Shown one piece after another: positions 33,185 through 45,352 of a stretch of DNA of 64,000 nt; the stretch's first letter is position 1; the number at the start of each line of letters is the position of its first letter. This DNA is from Hyaloraphidium curvatum SAG 235-1 (taxonomy: Eukaryota > Fungi > Monoblepharomycota). Under the pieces are notes generated by a model. It was given only the letters and a program-made list of their open reading frames with translations, was not told the origin of the DNA and ran no database searches. Location: assembly GCA_025558095.1 (NCBI GenBank), contig JAIVFI010000026.1, forward strand, positions 186,001-250,000, in the 5' to 3' direction. The translations under genes were made by a program, and so were the position numbers.

Positions 33185-33318
33185 CACCAATGGGATTCGC
33201 AACGGATTTCCGCCCTTCCCCGTCGCGCCAAGGAGCCGAGACGTGGCGAGCGATCGACGTCTGAGAGTCAAAGTCAGCGCGCGCAACGCCACTTCCTTCC
33301 GGGGGGGACGGTGGCCCG

Positions 33319-35817
33319 ATGGCCACTCGTGGCGGTCATTTGGTTCCTCGGGACTATGCCAGCGGGCCGTTCGGTCAGTATCCGGTCAACGGGTCGTGCG
33401 GCGGCATCCTCGTCGGTCCCGCCGAGGACGGGCTCTGCTACCCTCCGGGATACAGCTTCTGCCACGCCGCGAACAAATCGCACCCTCCTTTCTGGAACTG
33501 CTGCGGCAACGGAGGGTGGTGCTGCCGGGCGCGGTGCATGGGAAACGGCTACTGCGACCGCGATTGGTGCCCCGAGCCGTACGCCCGCTGCGACGGGACG
33601 TTTCAGGGTCGCGGTTGCTGCTATGACCTCCAATCGGACGTCAAGCATTGTGGCGCGTGTGGCAATGAATGTCCGAACTACTCTGGAAACGGTGTCGCGT
33701 ACTGCAGCAAAGGTGCGTGACTCGCGCTTGGCCTCTGCACCTCTGGAGGTTCAATGTCGAATGCTTCAGGGGAGTGCAAGTTTCAGAACGTCAGTTCGCC
33801 TGCCCCTCTGGTCCGCCAAGTGGCTGCCGGCTTGGACTTCTCGGTCGTCCTGCTTGCCGACGGCACGGTTCGAGCGTTTGGTCGGAACGATGCGGGCCAA
33901 TCAACCGTACCCGAGGGACTCGGGGACGTCCTGCAAGTTGCTGCTGGACACTATGTGGCCGCGGCGCTGGTCCGAGGAGGTCGAGTTGTTGCCTGGGGCA
34001 ACGTTCAGAATCATTCTTTGGAGCTCGTCGCAGCGAATGCGAGGAGCATCGCCTGCGGGGTTTCCTCGGTGGCCGTCGTTTACGACAATGCCTCGCTGCG
34101 GGTCTTTGGTGCGGTGCACCCGGTTCCCTCGACTGCCGGGGAGTACGTCCGGCAGGCCGTAGACAGTGAGTCTTTTGCGGCCGCTCTCCTGGACACTGGC
34201 GAGATCAAGGCTTGGACATCACAATCCTCATCTGAGGGAGTCTCGGAAGCTTGGAAAGTGGCGCACAGGGGCGCGCACCAGTTCTGCTTGGGTTCCGCAC
34301 ATGGCGTCGCTCTCCTTGGGGATGGGAGCGTCGTGGCATGGGGCACGGGCGTGGGGGGACAAACGGACGTGGTTCGCGGCATCGAGAACCGGACTCATGC
34401 GGTGATCTGCGGCTTCCATTTCTCCATCGCGCACCTCGTGGATGGATCCGTTCGTTTCTGGGGCTCGCATCCCTTCCGTCTCGAAGACTACCGGACACTG
34501 AAGGGCCTCACGCAGATCTCAGCCGGAATGAGCCACGTACTGGGCATTGCTTGGGACGGCCGGATTCGTGGGTGGGGCTCCAACTCGTCGGGACAGCTGG
34601 CGATTCCGGCCGAGCTGCTATCGGACGGATCCGCGGGTGAACCTCTCAATCTGTTCATCCCCTCGTGGACTGGCACATCATCCTTTTCCACTCCCCAGAA
34701 TACGGACTACCTATTTTTTCCCGCTCTTTACATCCTCGAGGCCTGTCTGCTGGTCATCATGTTCTCTTTGCCCAACTTGGTGGGGATCTGGCGCCGTTCA
34801 CGCCGCAGGAAGGGGGAGGAGGCACAACCTCTCTTGGAGCGAGCTGACTCCGATTCGGAGGACTCGACCAGCGAGGCGCCCGCCCCGACGGCGGCCCCGA
34901 TAAGCCAGGCAATGGTCTTCACGAAGGACCAGATCAAGGACCTCACCCAAGTACTCGGGCAGCCGGGGGGGTTCGGCACCGTCTACCGCGGCACGTTGCT
35001 TGACGACCATCATCCCGGCGGCCGGGAGGTGGCTGTCAAGGTTCTCGACCGTGGCGGAAAATTGAACGCGAAGGCGTTCCGGGCAGAGTGCGGTGCGTGG
35101 GAGCGACTGGGCCACGAGAACGGTGAGGACCCTTCAGCTTGCAAAGCCCCCAAGATGCTGACGATCGAACGCTCAGTGCTTTCCTTGATTGGCATTTGCG
35201 AAGACCCGCCGATGCTGGTGTCCGAAGTTGCCAGTCACGGCGATCTTGGGCGTTTCCTGAAGTGCAGCCTGCCTCCCCCGGACTCTGCGACCGTCACCCG
35301 CCTCGTCGCCGGCGTCGCCAGCGGCATGGAGTACCTCCACCGCCGCGGGTTCCTCCACCGCGACCTGAAGCCGGACAACGTGCTCGTCGCGGAGCGTATA
35401 GGCGGCCCGGTCGCGCTGCTGTCGGACTTTGGCCTCGCCCGGTTCGAGCGCGGCATGCGCACGGCCAGCCGCCTCCGCGCGTCCGGGACGCCCGGGTACG
35501 TCCCTCCGGAGCTGCGCACGGGGGGGAATTGGTCCCCGCAGGCGGACGCGTACTCGTTCGGGATGATGTGCTACGTGGTCGCGACCGGGTTCTCGATCCC
35601 GCCGCAGAGCGTTCCTTTGCCGCCGGCGAGGCCACCCCGGGTCTCCGATGCCCTCTGGGACATCATTCGACGGTGCTTGGACATCGCGCGCTCCAATCGG
35701 CCGAATTTCGACGAGATCGCGAGGAGGTTCCGCACCGAGGACGTGAGGTTCCTCGACGCCGCCGCCCCGGATCAGACACCGGGGAAAGGCACCTCGCCGG
35801 TTGTAACGGAATATTGA
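33319..35817 (+). CDS. Receptor-like kinase: Cys-rich (Stig1-like) + RCC1/BLIP-II repeats + TM + TKL kinase
   Basis: CYDLQSDVKHCGACGNEC; VAAGLDFSVVLLADGTVRAFG.N..GQ repeats; TM FFPALYILEACLLVIMFSL followed by RRSRRRK; GGFGTVY, HRDLKPDN, SDFG, GTPGYVPPE; introns ~33712-33769 and 35123-35176. Confidence 0.88.
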
Positions 35818-35923
35818 GAAGCAGAGTCTTGATAAGCCGATTGACTAGGCGCGAGGCGGAGTTCAGCGTCACGGCGCGCGACAGCGCGGACCCTTCTCCC
35901 ATCGTCTCCACCGCACGTCCGCG

Positions 35924-37256
35924 ATGTCGTGGAGCCAATCGACCTCGTCCAGCAGCACCGACACCAAGCTCGAGACGGGCGGCGGCCCGGCGCGGACGTC
36001 GACGACGTCGCAGTCGAGCAGCTCGTCGTCGGCCGTCGCCGTCGACTTCTCCGGCATCGCGCTCCTCCTCGTCGGCGCCGCCGCGGCCGTCGGCTACTAC
36101 CTGGTCCGCAGGCGGCGGGGCGCGCAGCGGAAGGCCGCGCCGCCGGCGGACCGCGGCGCGGATCTCGAGGATTTGGAGCGGCTGCTGCGGAGCCCGCGCG
36201 ACGAGGAGCCGCACCGCGATGGGCCGCCGGCGCCGCGCCCGGACATCGGGGACGGCTCGCGGCTGCACGAGCTCGGCCATCTTTCCCGGCTGGAAGCGGG
36301 GGCACTTGGCGGGGGTGCCGCGGGCGCAGTCTCCCCGGGAGTCCGCTTGCCGATCGATCCTGCCATGGTGATCCCGGCTCGTAGCATCCGCTACGACACC
36401 AGGGACAAGCTGGGCCAGCCCGGCGGCTTCGGCACCGTGTACCGCGGGGTGCTTTTCGACGAGCAGCACCCCAACGGGCGCCCCGTGGCCGTCAAGGTGC
36501 TGAACGACGGAAGCGCCATCGACGCCTACAGGGAGTTCGACAGCTGGACGCGCCTGGGCCACGACAATGGTGGGGATCGCCCGCCCGGCACCCGCACGGC
36601 GCCCCTCACCCGTCCATACAGTGCTCCCGCTGATCGGCATCTGCGAGGACCCGCCCATGCTCGTCTCGGAGATCGCGGAGCACGGCAACCTGGGCGATTT
36701 CGTGCGGCATGCGAACCCTCCTCCCGACGCCGTCACGGGCCTCCTCGCCGGCGTCGCTGGCGGGATGGAGTACCTCCACCGGCGCAACGTCCTGCACCGC
36801 GACCTCAAACCCGACAACGTCCTCGTGACGTAACGCAACGGCCGCCCGAGCCCGCTCATCTCGGACTTTGGCCTCTCGCGGTCCGCGGACGGCATGGGGT
36901 CCGCCACGCGGCGGCGGCCGGCCGGAACGCCGGGGTACGTGCCCCCCGAGCTGCGCAGCGGCGGGGTGTGGTCCAAGCAGGCCGACGCGTACTCGTTCGG
37001 GATGATGTGCTACGTCGTCGCCACGGACTTTGCGGTGGCGCCGCAGGGCGTTCCCTTGCCTCCCGCGAGACCGCCGAGGGTCTCGGACGCGCTCTGGGAC
37101 ATCGTGCGGAGGTGCTTGGACGCCGACCCTTCCGGGCGCCCCACGTTCGACGAGATCGCGAGGAGGTTCCGCACCGAGGACGTGAGGTTCCTGGGGCCCC
37201 CCGCGCAGGGACCCGCAAACCGCATAGGCACCTCTCCCGTTGTAACCGAGTACTGA
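35924..37256 (+). pseudogene. TM-anchored TKL kinase paralog with in-frame TAA
   Basis: TM GIALLLVGAAAAVGYYLV-RRRR; kinase highly similar to 34960-35817; intron 36570-36621; TAA at 36831-36833 between HRD and DFG where the paralog has Glu. Confidence 0.8.
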
Positions 37257-37278
37257 CCAACACGCTCCGTCGTTCTGT

Positions 37279-38344
37279 TCAAGGATGTCCCGCACCGGCG
37301 CCCGCGCCCATCCCCTTTTCGCACGCGAACCACCTCCGCCCGAACTCCACCCCGAGCTCGCCCACCTCGAGCGACCCGTGGAACCCCGTCCCCTCCCGGG
37401 TGCAGGAAGTGACGGCGACCGTTCCTCCCGGCCAGGCGTCGAGCAGGAGGATCACCTCCAGCCGATGCCGCGCAGCGAGGGCGTCGGACGCCGCGGATTC
37501 CATGGCGTCCAGCCTGCCCGCGTGCGGGTCGGCGAACAGCAGCCCTAGGCGGACCAGCCCCGCCGCCATGTTCGGCTCCGCGGCCAGCATCCTCAGGCAC
37601 GCCACGGGCGACCGCACCGCGACCCTCAGCTCCCTCAGCACGGGCAGCGACCCCAGCAGCGCCCTGAACGCGCGCACCCCGTACACCGGTCCCGCACAGG
37701 GCAGGTGCGAGATGTCCAGCCGCTCGAGGGCGGGGAACGCGCGGCCGAATGCGGCGGGGTGGTACGGGAACGTGCGCGGGCCGGGGGAGAGGTCGACGAG
37801 GGAGAGGGAGCGCAGGTGCGGGGCGGGCGGCAGCCAGAGCGGCGTTGTTGTGGGGGCGGGGGAGGGGGGGGGTGGGGAGGGCGGCGAGGTGCAGGGAGCG
37901 CAGGGCGGGGAGCGCGGGGAGGAGGGCTTCGAGCGTGCCGCGGAGGTCCTCGGGCTCGCCCACCACCTCGCCCAGTTCCAGCTCCGTCAGCAAGGGAAAG
38001 CCGCCGGCGAGCAGCTCCAGGGCGTCCCGGGCGGATATCGCCGAGATCCGGAGCACCGCGAGCGTCCCCGCGTGCCGGCGCACCAGCTCCCCCGTCGCGC
38101 ACCCGTAAACCCCCGCTACCCGGCCCCATTCCGCCCCCCGCAGGTCCAGCACCCGCGCAAAGCACCCGCCCAGCAGCCCCGCGAACCTGGACTCCCTCCT
38201 CCCCCTGACCGCCCGCCACAGCGCGCGGTCCTCGGCGAGCAGCCGGAACCCGCGGCACACCGCGCGCAGGCGGGGCAGCGCCCGGCGCGGGAGGTGGGCA
38301 AACACGCGGCGGCGCAGCTCGAGCGGGAGGTCGGCGAATTCCAT
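37279..38344 (-). CDS. F-box/LRR-like protein (frameshift in G-run ~37850-37880)
   Basis: FADLPLELRRRVFAHL..RAVCRGFR..ALW F-box; LxxLxL repeats continue in another frame after a homopolymer tract. Confidence 0.75.
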
Positions 38345-38510
38345 GGCGGGGAGGGCGGGACGGTGTTTGGATTCGGAGGGAGGTTGGGCACACGTGACCT
38401 CGGAACTCCGCTCCCCAGCCGCCGCGTTGAGAGACGGTCTCAAACTCACGCAGACACAAACCAAGCAGCCATCGATTCTGCCCTCCATCCGCCCCTGCGA
38501 GCACGCCACC

Positions 38511-40651
38511 ATGTCGGGCGACACCTCCGCCGCCATCGCCGCCGCCACGGGCGTCAACCCCGGCGGCTACACCGTCGTGATCGCCAACGCGACGCCGCGC
38601 CCCATCGTCGTGGGCTGCTCAACGACGCCCGAGGGCCCGTCGATCCGCAAGCTGCAGACGCACTGGCGGGAGGCGCAGTCTGAAGAGGCCGCCCGCCGCC
38701 GCCGGGACTCGGCGGCGCACGACCGCTCGGCGTCGCAAAGCGGGGCCAGCCTCGATGCGGCCGCCGGGGAACGCAAGGCGGAGGATGCCAGCTTCGAACA
38801 CAAACTCGTCCAGTCGGGCCAAGAGACCACCGACGCCTCCCAATGTAAGAGCTCCGGCCAATCGTCGTCGGACTCGCGGAGCGCGTTGGAGGCCGATATG
38901 TATAATGAGGAGCTAGCAATCCCACCGTACACTTAGAAATCCCCCTACGCCCCAAGAATCAGCTCCTCATCTACATTCAAACCAAATGCGACCGGCGCGG
39001 GGGCCGGAGCGTTGACAGCGGCGGCTTCGGTGCACAGCTGAAGCCAGTGTTGGAGTTGGGCCGCGACGCCAAGAGCCCAGGCCACCGCGATCCGTTCGCG
39101 GAAGCGCCGCACAAAACGAGAGTAAAGGCCATCGAGAGGCCGAAGGAGGGGTCTCAGTGCTAGACATTTTCGGCGCCGACGGCAGCTACAAGAAGAACGA
39201 CATAAACACTCAGAACGAGCAGCATGCCGAAGAGGACGCACAGTACAAGGCCTCCAAGGAAAAGCTCAAGGACGACTCCACCGCCGCCGACCGCCAGCTT
39301 CGCCAGGAGGCAGGGAGCACCATGAACGCGAAGATCAACTCCGAGACGCAGATCGACAGGGGTGCGTCCAGTTCGGCCACCAGCGAAGGGCTCAGCAGGC
39401 AAGCCGCTGCCGAAAAGGATGCCGCGATCGAGTTTGGGGACGAGTATCGCGATACCGGGCCTGGCTTCTTTGTGCTCGGACCGTACACGAGCAAGGAGGT
39501 CCGCTGCTTCCGCTACTCGATTGCAGGTGGCGAGGGCTCGGAGTTCCTCGCCCAGAACCTCGTCGTCAACGCCGATCAGACCGCTGTCATAGTCGCGGTC
39601 CGCGACTGGCGCACCCTGGCCCTCACCCCGATGGATTCCAAGGCGCGCGGCAGCAACATCCTCACGGACTCGGTCTGGAAGCTCAGGGACACAGGGCGGG
39701 ACGCCCGAAACGACCAGATCCCCCGCCTCATCGACCACGGCCACGTGGAACTCGCATCCGCGCGCCTGCGGGAGCTGGCCGCCGACCCGTCGACCCGCGG
39801 GCACTACCGCGACGCGATCAAGGCCCTCGGCGCCACGAATCTGGCCGGCACCCTCGCGGGCCACATCCGGGGGTCGGCGGTCGAGCAGGCCGAGTGGATC
39901 AGGGTCCTGAGCGGTCTGCCCGCGGGCGACGCCGAGGAATCCAGGGGGCTGCCCTTCTTCCGCATGGCGAACCTCCTGGAAGGCCTGCCGGCCCCACCGG
40001 CCCTGGAAGGCCCCCGCGTCGCGCCGCGCAAATACGAGATCGAGGCCGTGTCGCACGGCCTGGAGTTCCTCGAGAGGGACAGCGGCGAGAGGGACTTTGA
40101 GCGGCTGCGCGCGCTGACGCCCGTCATCAGGCAGCTGCGCGTATACGACTGCAAGGACAAGAACAAGGTCCTGATGTGGAGCGAGTCCCATACCCTCCGC
40201 CCCAAAGGCGACCTGGCCAACATCGGCCTCCTCGTGGCGGTCTTCGACACGGACAGGATGGACCAGGTAAGGAAGCCGCTGCCGAGCCTGCTCGGAAACC
40301 TGACCCGATCGCCGCATGCACAAGCCCGAATCCACGTTCCTGTGCAACGCCTACGACGACCAGGGCAGCGCCCAGCGACTATCCGAGTTCCTGGCAGGCA
40401 TCAGGGACGGCCGCGCGGTCCTCGTGGCCGTCGGCGACTCGGCGGCGAACCGCTCCACCAAGCAGGTCCCCGAGGTCGTCAAGGGCGCCCTGGAGGATTA
40501 CCTCGGCAGCGACGAGGTCCGCAAGCTGGGCCACCGCGAGTCGTTCGCGCTGGTGTGCGTCAAGGGCCGGGGCGAGCGGCCGGTCGAGCAGCACCAGCCC
40601 GAGAACCGTGCGAGGGCCTGCCTGGAGTTCGAAGTCGCACCTGGGGCGTGA
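38511..40651 (+). CDS. Multi-exon protein with C-terminal ILEI/PANDER (GG-type lectin-like) domain
   Basis: GLLVAVFD...AYDDQGSAQRLSEFLAGIRDGRAVLVAVGDSA...LGSDEVRKLGHRESFALVCVKG; intron 40267-40324; exon structure at 38845-39160 is uncertain. Confidence 0.65.
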
Positions 40652-40767
40652 CGCAGTGGGAGTGGGAAGGGCGGGCGGCCCGGGGAGCAGAGAACTAGAG
40701 GAGCGAGGGAGGAGTGTGCACCGCATCGCATGTGTAAAAGTCAACCGCATCAATACAGATAAGCGCT

Positions 40768-41418
40768 TTAGTGCCCAAACAGCGCATACCGCGAGTAATC
40801 CAGCCTGCAAACGGGGCACCCCGTGTGCCCCTCGCCGAGCTGCGGGCAGTGCGCCTCGACCACCGAGTCCGACCCGCCCTCTGATCCCAGCGAAGAACGC
40901 TCCTCCGTGCCCGTCATCCACCGCACGATGCAGGAGGAATGAAAAGTGTGTCCGCATGCGGAGAGGGTACGCCGGGGGAGGCGTAGGAAGGGGTGGAGGC
41001 AGATGGGGCACTCGGTGTCGGAGCCGGCGCCGCCGACGACGCCCTCCGCGTCCACGAGGTCACCTTCGTCATCCAACTCGGGGCCGAGCTCGGTGGAAGT
41101 CCACGAGGGGAAGTATCGGTCCATGTCCGCCATTCTGAGCCCGCCCCGCCGGCCGATCTCCACCCCCGTGACGACCAGCGCCGACTGCGAGAGGCCGTGC
41201 CCGTGCCACCACCCCGCACGGGCGGCCATCAGACGCGAGACGGAGCGGTAGCCCAGGTAGGCGAGGACGAGGGAGACGGCGAGGGTGCCGACCGAGAGGC
41301 CGAGGATGACGGCGGGGCTGGCGAGGATCGCTTGGCGGCGGTGGAGAGAGGGGAGGGCGGGGGTGGTGAGGGGAAGCTCAAAGGAGCCGAGGGCCGTCAT
41401 TGGCGGGGCACGGCTCAT
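40768..41418 (-). CDS. TM + RING-H2 E3 ubiquitin ligase (ATL-like architecture)
   Basis: N-terminal TM; CPICL...CGHTFHSSCIVRW...CPVCR. Confidence 0.85.
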   Translation of the reverse strand: MSRAPPMTALGSFELPLTTPALPSLHRRQAILASPAVILGLSVGTLAVSLVLAYLGYRSVSRLMAARAGWWHGHGLSQSALVVTGVEIGRRGGLRMADMDRYFPSWTSTELGPELDDEGDLVDAEGVVGGAGSDTECPICLHPFLRLPRRTLSACGHTFHSSCIVRWMTGTEERSSLGSEGGSDSVVEAHCPQLGEGHTGCPVCRLDYSRYALFGH

Positions 41419-41498
41419 TTGTCGGGTGTTTTGTGACTAAAGGTCTGGGTAGCACGACGGGATTGCGTGCCGGTGGCGCCGGGTGACACGAACGTCCG

Positions 41499-41903
41499 GT
41501 GACGAAGACTGCACACCATGCTCCCAAATCCGGGGCCGCGAAGGGAAGTATTCTCCTATTCAACTTACATTTCTTCCGGGTTCCGGTGGTCGCAAACGCG
41601 GGTTTCAAAGTCGGGCTCCTCTCGCTGCTTGTTCCGACCGCGAAGCGCTGGATTCCCCTCGCCGCTGACCCCGCCGGGATCGTGTGGTCGATGCTGTTTA
41701 CGCTTCGCGCTGCGCATGCGGACTTCTCCGACCGCTGCGACCGCTGCCTCGCTGTCGGCCCGTGCTCCAAGTTCAAGCTGGTGCGGTACTGCTCAATGGG
41801 CTGCCAGCGCGAGGACTGGAAGGAGCATAAGCCGACGTGCTGCGAGATCGGCGGGCATCCCGAGGCCAAGTCCAAGGTCTTCTTCGACATTGGAGAGAGG
41901 TAG
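41499..41903 (+). CDS. Small or degenerate MYND-type zinc-finger protein
   Basis: CDRC..CSKFKLVRYCSMGCQREDWKEHKPTC with one ligand Cys replaced by Phe; start uncertain. Confidence 0.55.
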   Translation: MTKTAHHAPKSGAAKGSILLFNLHFFRVPVVANAGFKVGLLSLLVPTAKRWIPLAADPAGIVWSMLFTLRAAHADFSDRCDRCLAVGPCSKFKLVRYCSMGCQREDWKEHKPTCCEIGGHPEAKSKVFFDIGER

Positions 41904-41960
41904 AGGTGTTCGAACATTGATTACAAGAAACTACACGACAGCAATAATTGGATTCCATCA

Positions 41961-43334
41961 TCACAACCTCGCCTTCCAGTCCTCCGTGTCGGTCCTTGCC
42001 GAGGTCGCCAGGCTCGGCTGAAGCTTGGCCTGCAGCATGTACACCTGCTGCGAGGCGGCAAGCAGCTCGTTCAGCAGATTCCACTCCCGAGGCCAGAACG
42101 TCTCCGCACTCTGCAACGCGGCCGTCAACGACGAGAAACGCGGGCAGTCAACGACGAGGGATAACAAACCTTGTATAGGATCGCCAGCCTCCGGTGGACG
42201 AACCTCAGCGACCTGTCCTGTATCGCATTCGCCAGCGCGACCGCCGGATCCACGACGGCGGGCCTCGACGGCAGCGAATGCGGGATCGGGAGGAGCGGCA
42301 CGTCCGGCGCCATGGTGAGGAAGTAAGGTGCCGAGATGCGCCGCTTGCGGACCTTGAGCGAGTTGACGCGGTGCACGGTGGCCTGGAGCGCGCCGCGGGT
42401 GAGCTCCGAGAGGACCAGGCCGAGGTTGACGACGACCGTGCCGGGGATGACGGGGACGTCGACCCAGACGCCGTCATGGGACAGGACCTGCGGCGGCGGC
42501 GGTGAGCGCCGGAGTCCGAGCAACTTCAGTGCAGGAGCCCACCTCCAGCCCAGTTTCATCCTGGATCAGCATGGTCACTGCGTTGAAGTCGTCCCTGTGC
42601 GCCTGGATCCCCCTGACGTACCCCTCCTCAAGCTCCTTCCTGCGCTCCTCCGGAATCTCCTGAATCGGCGGGTAGTGGTTCAAGGTGCAGAACCTCGCGA
42701 GATCCGTGGGATCCTCGACGTCCTCAAAGTACCGCGTGGCGTACGACTCGGGCGCGCCCAGCATTCGGCAAATCAGCCTGCACAGCCGGCGCCCGAGCGC
42801 CTCACACCGGTCCATGTACTCGGTAATCACCGGCCTGAAGTCCGGGATGAGCTCCGGGTCCGGCCAGCGGTTCGGCCCGTGGAGCACGCGCTTCCAGAGC
42901 GGCGCGTCGGGGTCCGTGACCTCGGGCAGCTCCTCGGCAAAGTGGTACGCGTGCAGGTTGATGTTGAGCCGCAGGTCCTTCACTTTGTCCTGGCGCGAGC
43001 TTCCGCGGAGGTGGCGGTCCTGCCGGATGTCCGTGCGCAGCTTGACGTCCTCGGGGAGGTCGAAGAAGGCGTGGGAGACACGGAACACGTCCGACTGGAA
43101 TGCCTCGTCCAGGCCCGGGGCGTTCTTCAGGAGCATGAAGCCGACGTCGGCCGTCGCGTACTGCAGCTGCGCAAAGAAGGCCGCCGGGTCCGAGTCCGCG
43201 AGCGCGAGGTCGACGAGCGGGATCTCGCGGAAGGACGTGACGAGGGAGCCGGAGGAGAACTTGGCACGCGGCGGCGGGCCCAAAGGCACGTCGGGCCGGT
43301 CGGTCATGATGTTGTCCGTCCTCAGGGGCGCCAT
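41961..43334 (-). CDS. 2OG-Fe(II) dioxygenase, IPNS/DIOX family, 3 exons
   Basis: IPLVDL, VGFMLL, GPNRWP, LNHYPP, AHRD...LIQD..GLE, ATVHRV, RISAPYF. Confidence 0.9.
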
Positions 43335-43629
43335 GGTTGCGCGGCGATTCGCGATTCGCGTGGCAGACAGGATGGGCGCTGTGGCACGGAGGCAAAGGCG
43401 CAAAGCCATCATGCATTTGTCGCCCGGGACGTCGAAGAAGGCCAACTATTGCCGAGATACGCCTCATTCATTCATGCCCGTGTCTGGAAGACGGATCGGG
43501 TCACCGATCCCGGGCGGCTCGGTCTCGGACTGCAATTGTGCCGGCAAACGGCCTTCCCGTGTACTTGCGAGCAAGTCGGCTGGGGCACTCTGTATCTGCG
43601 ACTGCCAGCTTGACCAACCGCTCCCGCAC

Positions 43630-44572
43630 TCACAGGTGCACCTTGGATTCCCACCCGTCCGCGTACTCGGTTCCCCCCCTGGTCGCCTTGACAAAGTCCT
43701 CCACCGAGACCGCCTTTTCCCCCACCAGCTTGTCCCACTCGTTCGGCGACACCTCGGCGGCGCCCGTCGCCCTGGCGTAGGCCAGAAACACGGGGAAGGA
43801 GGGGGTGGCTTCGAGCGCCTTCTTTAGAGTCTCGACCGGGATGTGGGTGACGGCCAACTTCTTCCCTGGAGATGCGACGACGGCGTCAGATCAACGGAAG
43901 CCAGCCGCGGCGGTTGAGCTTCCCACCGAGGACGGCCTCGTAGTACCCCAGCACCTCGTTGTCCGTGACGGTCTGCCCAGCCACGCGGACGTAGCGGTTT
44001 GCCGTTTCATCGGCCTTGGCTAGCACCGCGGCCACGGCCCGTCCGACGTCGCCCCTGCTCGTGAACGTGATCCTTGCCGTGCCGTCCCCAGGGATGTTTG
44101 CGGTCCCCTTTGCCGCGTCGAACGTGGGCATCCTCACGAGGAGGTCGCTCAGGAACCCGTTCATGATGCCGGTCCATCTGAGCCCGAGCTGCTCGGCCAG
44201 GGCCTTTGCGGCGCGCTTGGGCGCGAAGAAGGGCGAGTCGGGCGCGACGGTCGGATGGTCCGTGCCGAACTCGGAGAGCACGAACAGCTTGAGGGTGCCC
44301 GCCTTGGCGGCCGCGTGGAGCGCGGCGGTCTGCAGCCCGAAGGCCTGCGGCGGCAGCGTCGAGACGACCGCATCGATGCCCTTCAGCAGGGAAGCGATCT
44401 CGTCGACGTCCTCGGGGTCCGAGAGGGCGACGGCTTTTGCGCCTGTGGGCACCGCGGCACCGGCACGGGAGAGCACCGACACGTTGAGGCCGGCGGCCAC
44501 GAGCTGCTCGACGACGGGGCGGCCGAGGAAGCCGGTGCCGCCGAGCACGGCGACGGTCTTGATCGCGGCCAT
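43630..44572 (-). CDS. NmrA-like/isoflavone-reductase-like NAD(P)-binding protein
   Basis: VAVLGGTGFLG, GIDAVVS, LFVLSEFG, FTSRGDVG; one intron ~43866-43915. Confidence 0.9.
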
Positions 44573-45115
44573 CGACGTGAGGCCAGGGGAGGAAACGCGG
44601 GCGGGCGAAATGAGGGTCCGCGGAGGTTCGGTTCGGGTCCGCGCCGCCGACCGCATCATCGCCGACATGTGTTGGTCTACTGAAAACACTTTAGGTAAAG
44701 AAACTTTTACATCCTAAGGCAGACATGCGACTGCAGTCGCGCGCGCGGTTGCTTGCCCGCTGACTCGTGCATTGGAGCCCGCGGTGTCCGGGAAGTCTGT
44801 TCGGCTGCCGGACAAGAACCGCGCTAGCTCCAGGGGTAAGATGGGGTCAGAAGCGGTGTGAAGTGCCAGTGATCAATCACATGTGTTCGGCAGAACAGCG
44901 ACAAGATGTTTGCAAAGCTCCTCGTAGCCACAATACTCGTGGCCCCTTTCAGCCGACCGCTAAGTGGGGTGCTTCCGAAGCGGCAGGCAAATGGTCTCAA
45001 AACTCGAGGGTAGCGGTGGGCTCGACCGCAGTCGCCGAAGCCACGTCGAAAGGGGGACGGGGGGAGGAAGCCAAGCGGCTTCCCGGCAAGGCTGGTGTGC
45101 GGCGCCTCGGGGCGG

Positions 45116-45123
45116 TATAAAAA
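45116..45123 (+). promoter_or_regulatory. Candidate TATA box (TATAAAAA)
   Basis: Isolated TATAAAAA in very GC-rich DNA, ~240 bp upstream of the ATG at 45353. Confidence 0.4.
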
Positions 45124-45352
45124 GGGGCCATGGGGCTCCCAAAACCTCTCGCAACACGCAACCGAACTCTCTTCCCCGTCAAGCAGACCCCCGCCGTCCG
45201 CCTCAGCCGTCCGCACCGACACCGACGTGAGTCCGCGAATGCGCGCCGCTCGGGCCGTCGCCTCGGGCTCTGGAGCCGACGTCTGGAGCCGAACTCCCGC
45301 CAACCTCTCCATCCCGACAGCCCGACCTACCCACCCACACCCCGACATAAGC

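Noticed and set aside
35924-38683. 919-aa ORF and many other long Arg/Pro/Ala-rich overlapping ORFs
   Set aside because: These are shadow frames typical of ~70% GC DNA; the real genes lie in other frames or strands.
44728-44741. Perfect 14-bp palindrome GCGACTGCAGTCGC
   Set aside because: A single occurrence that is plausible by chance in 64 kb of GC-rich DNA and is not retained in the duplicated spacer.
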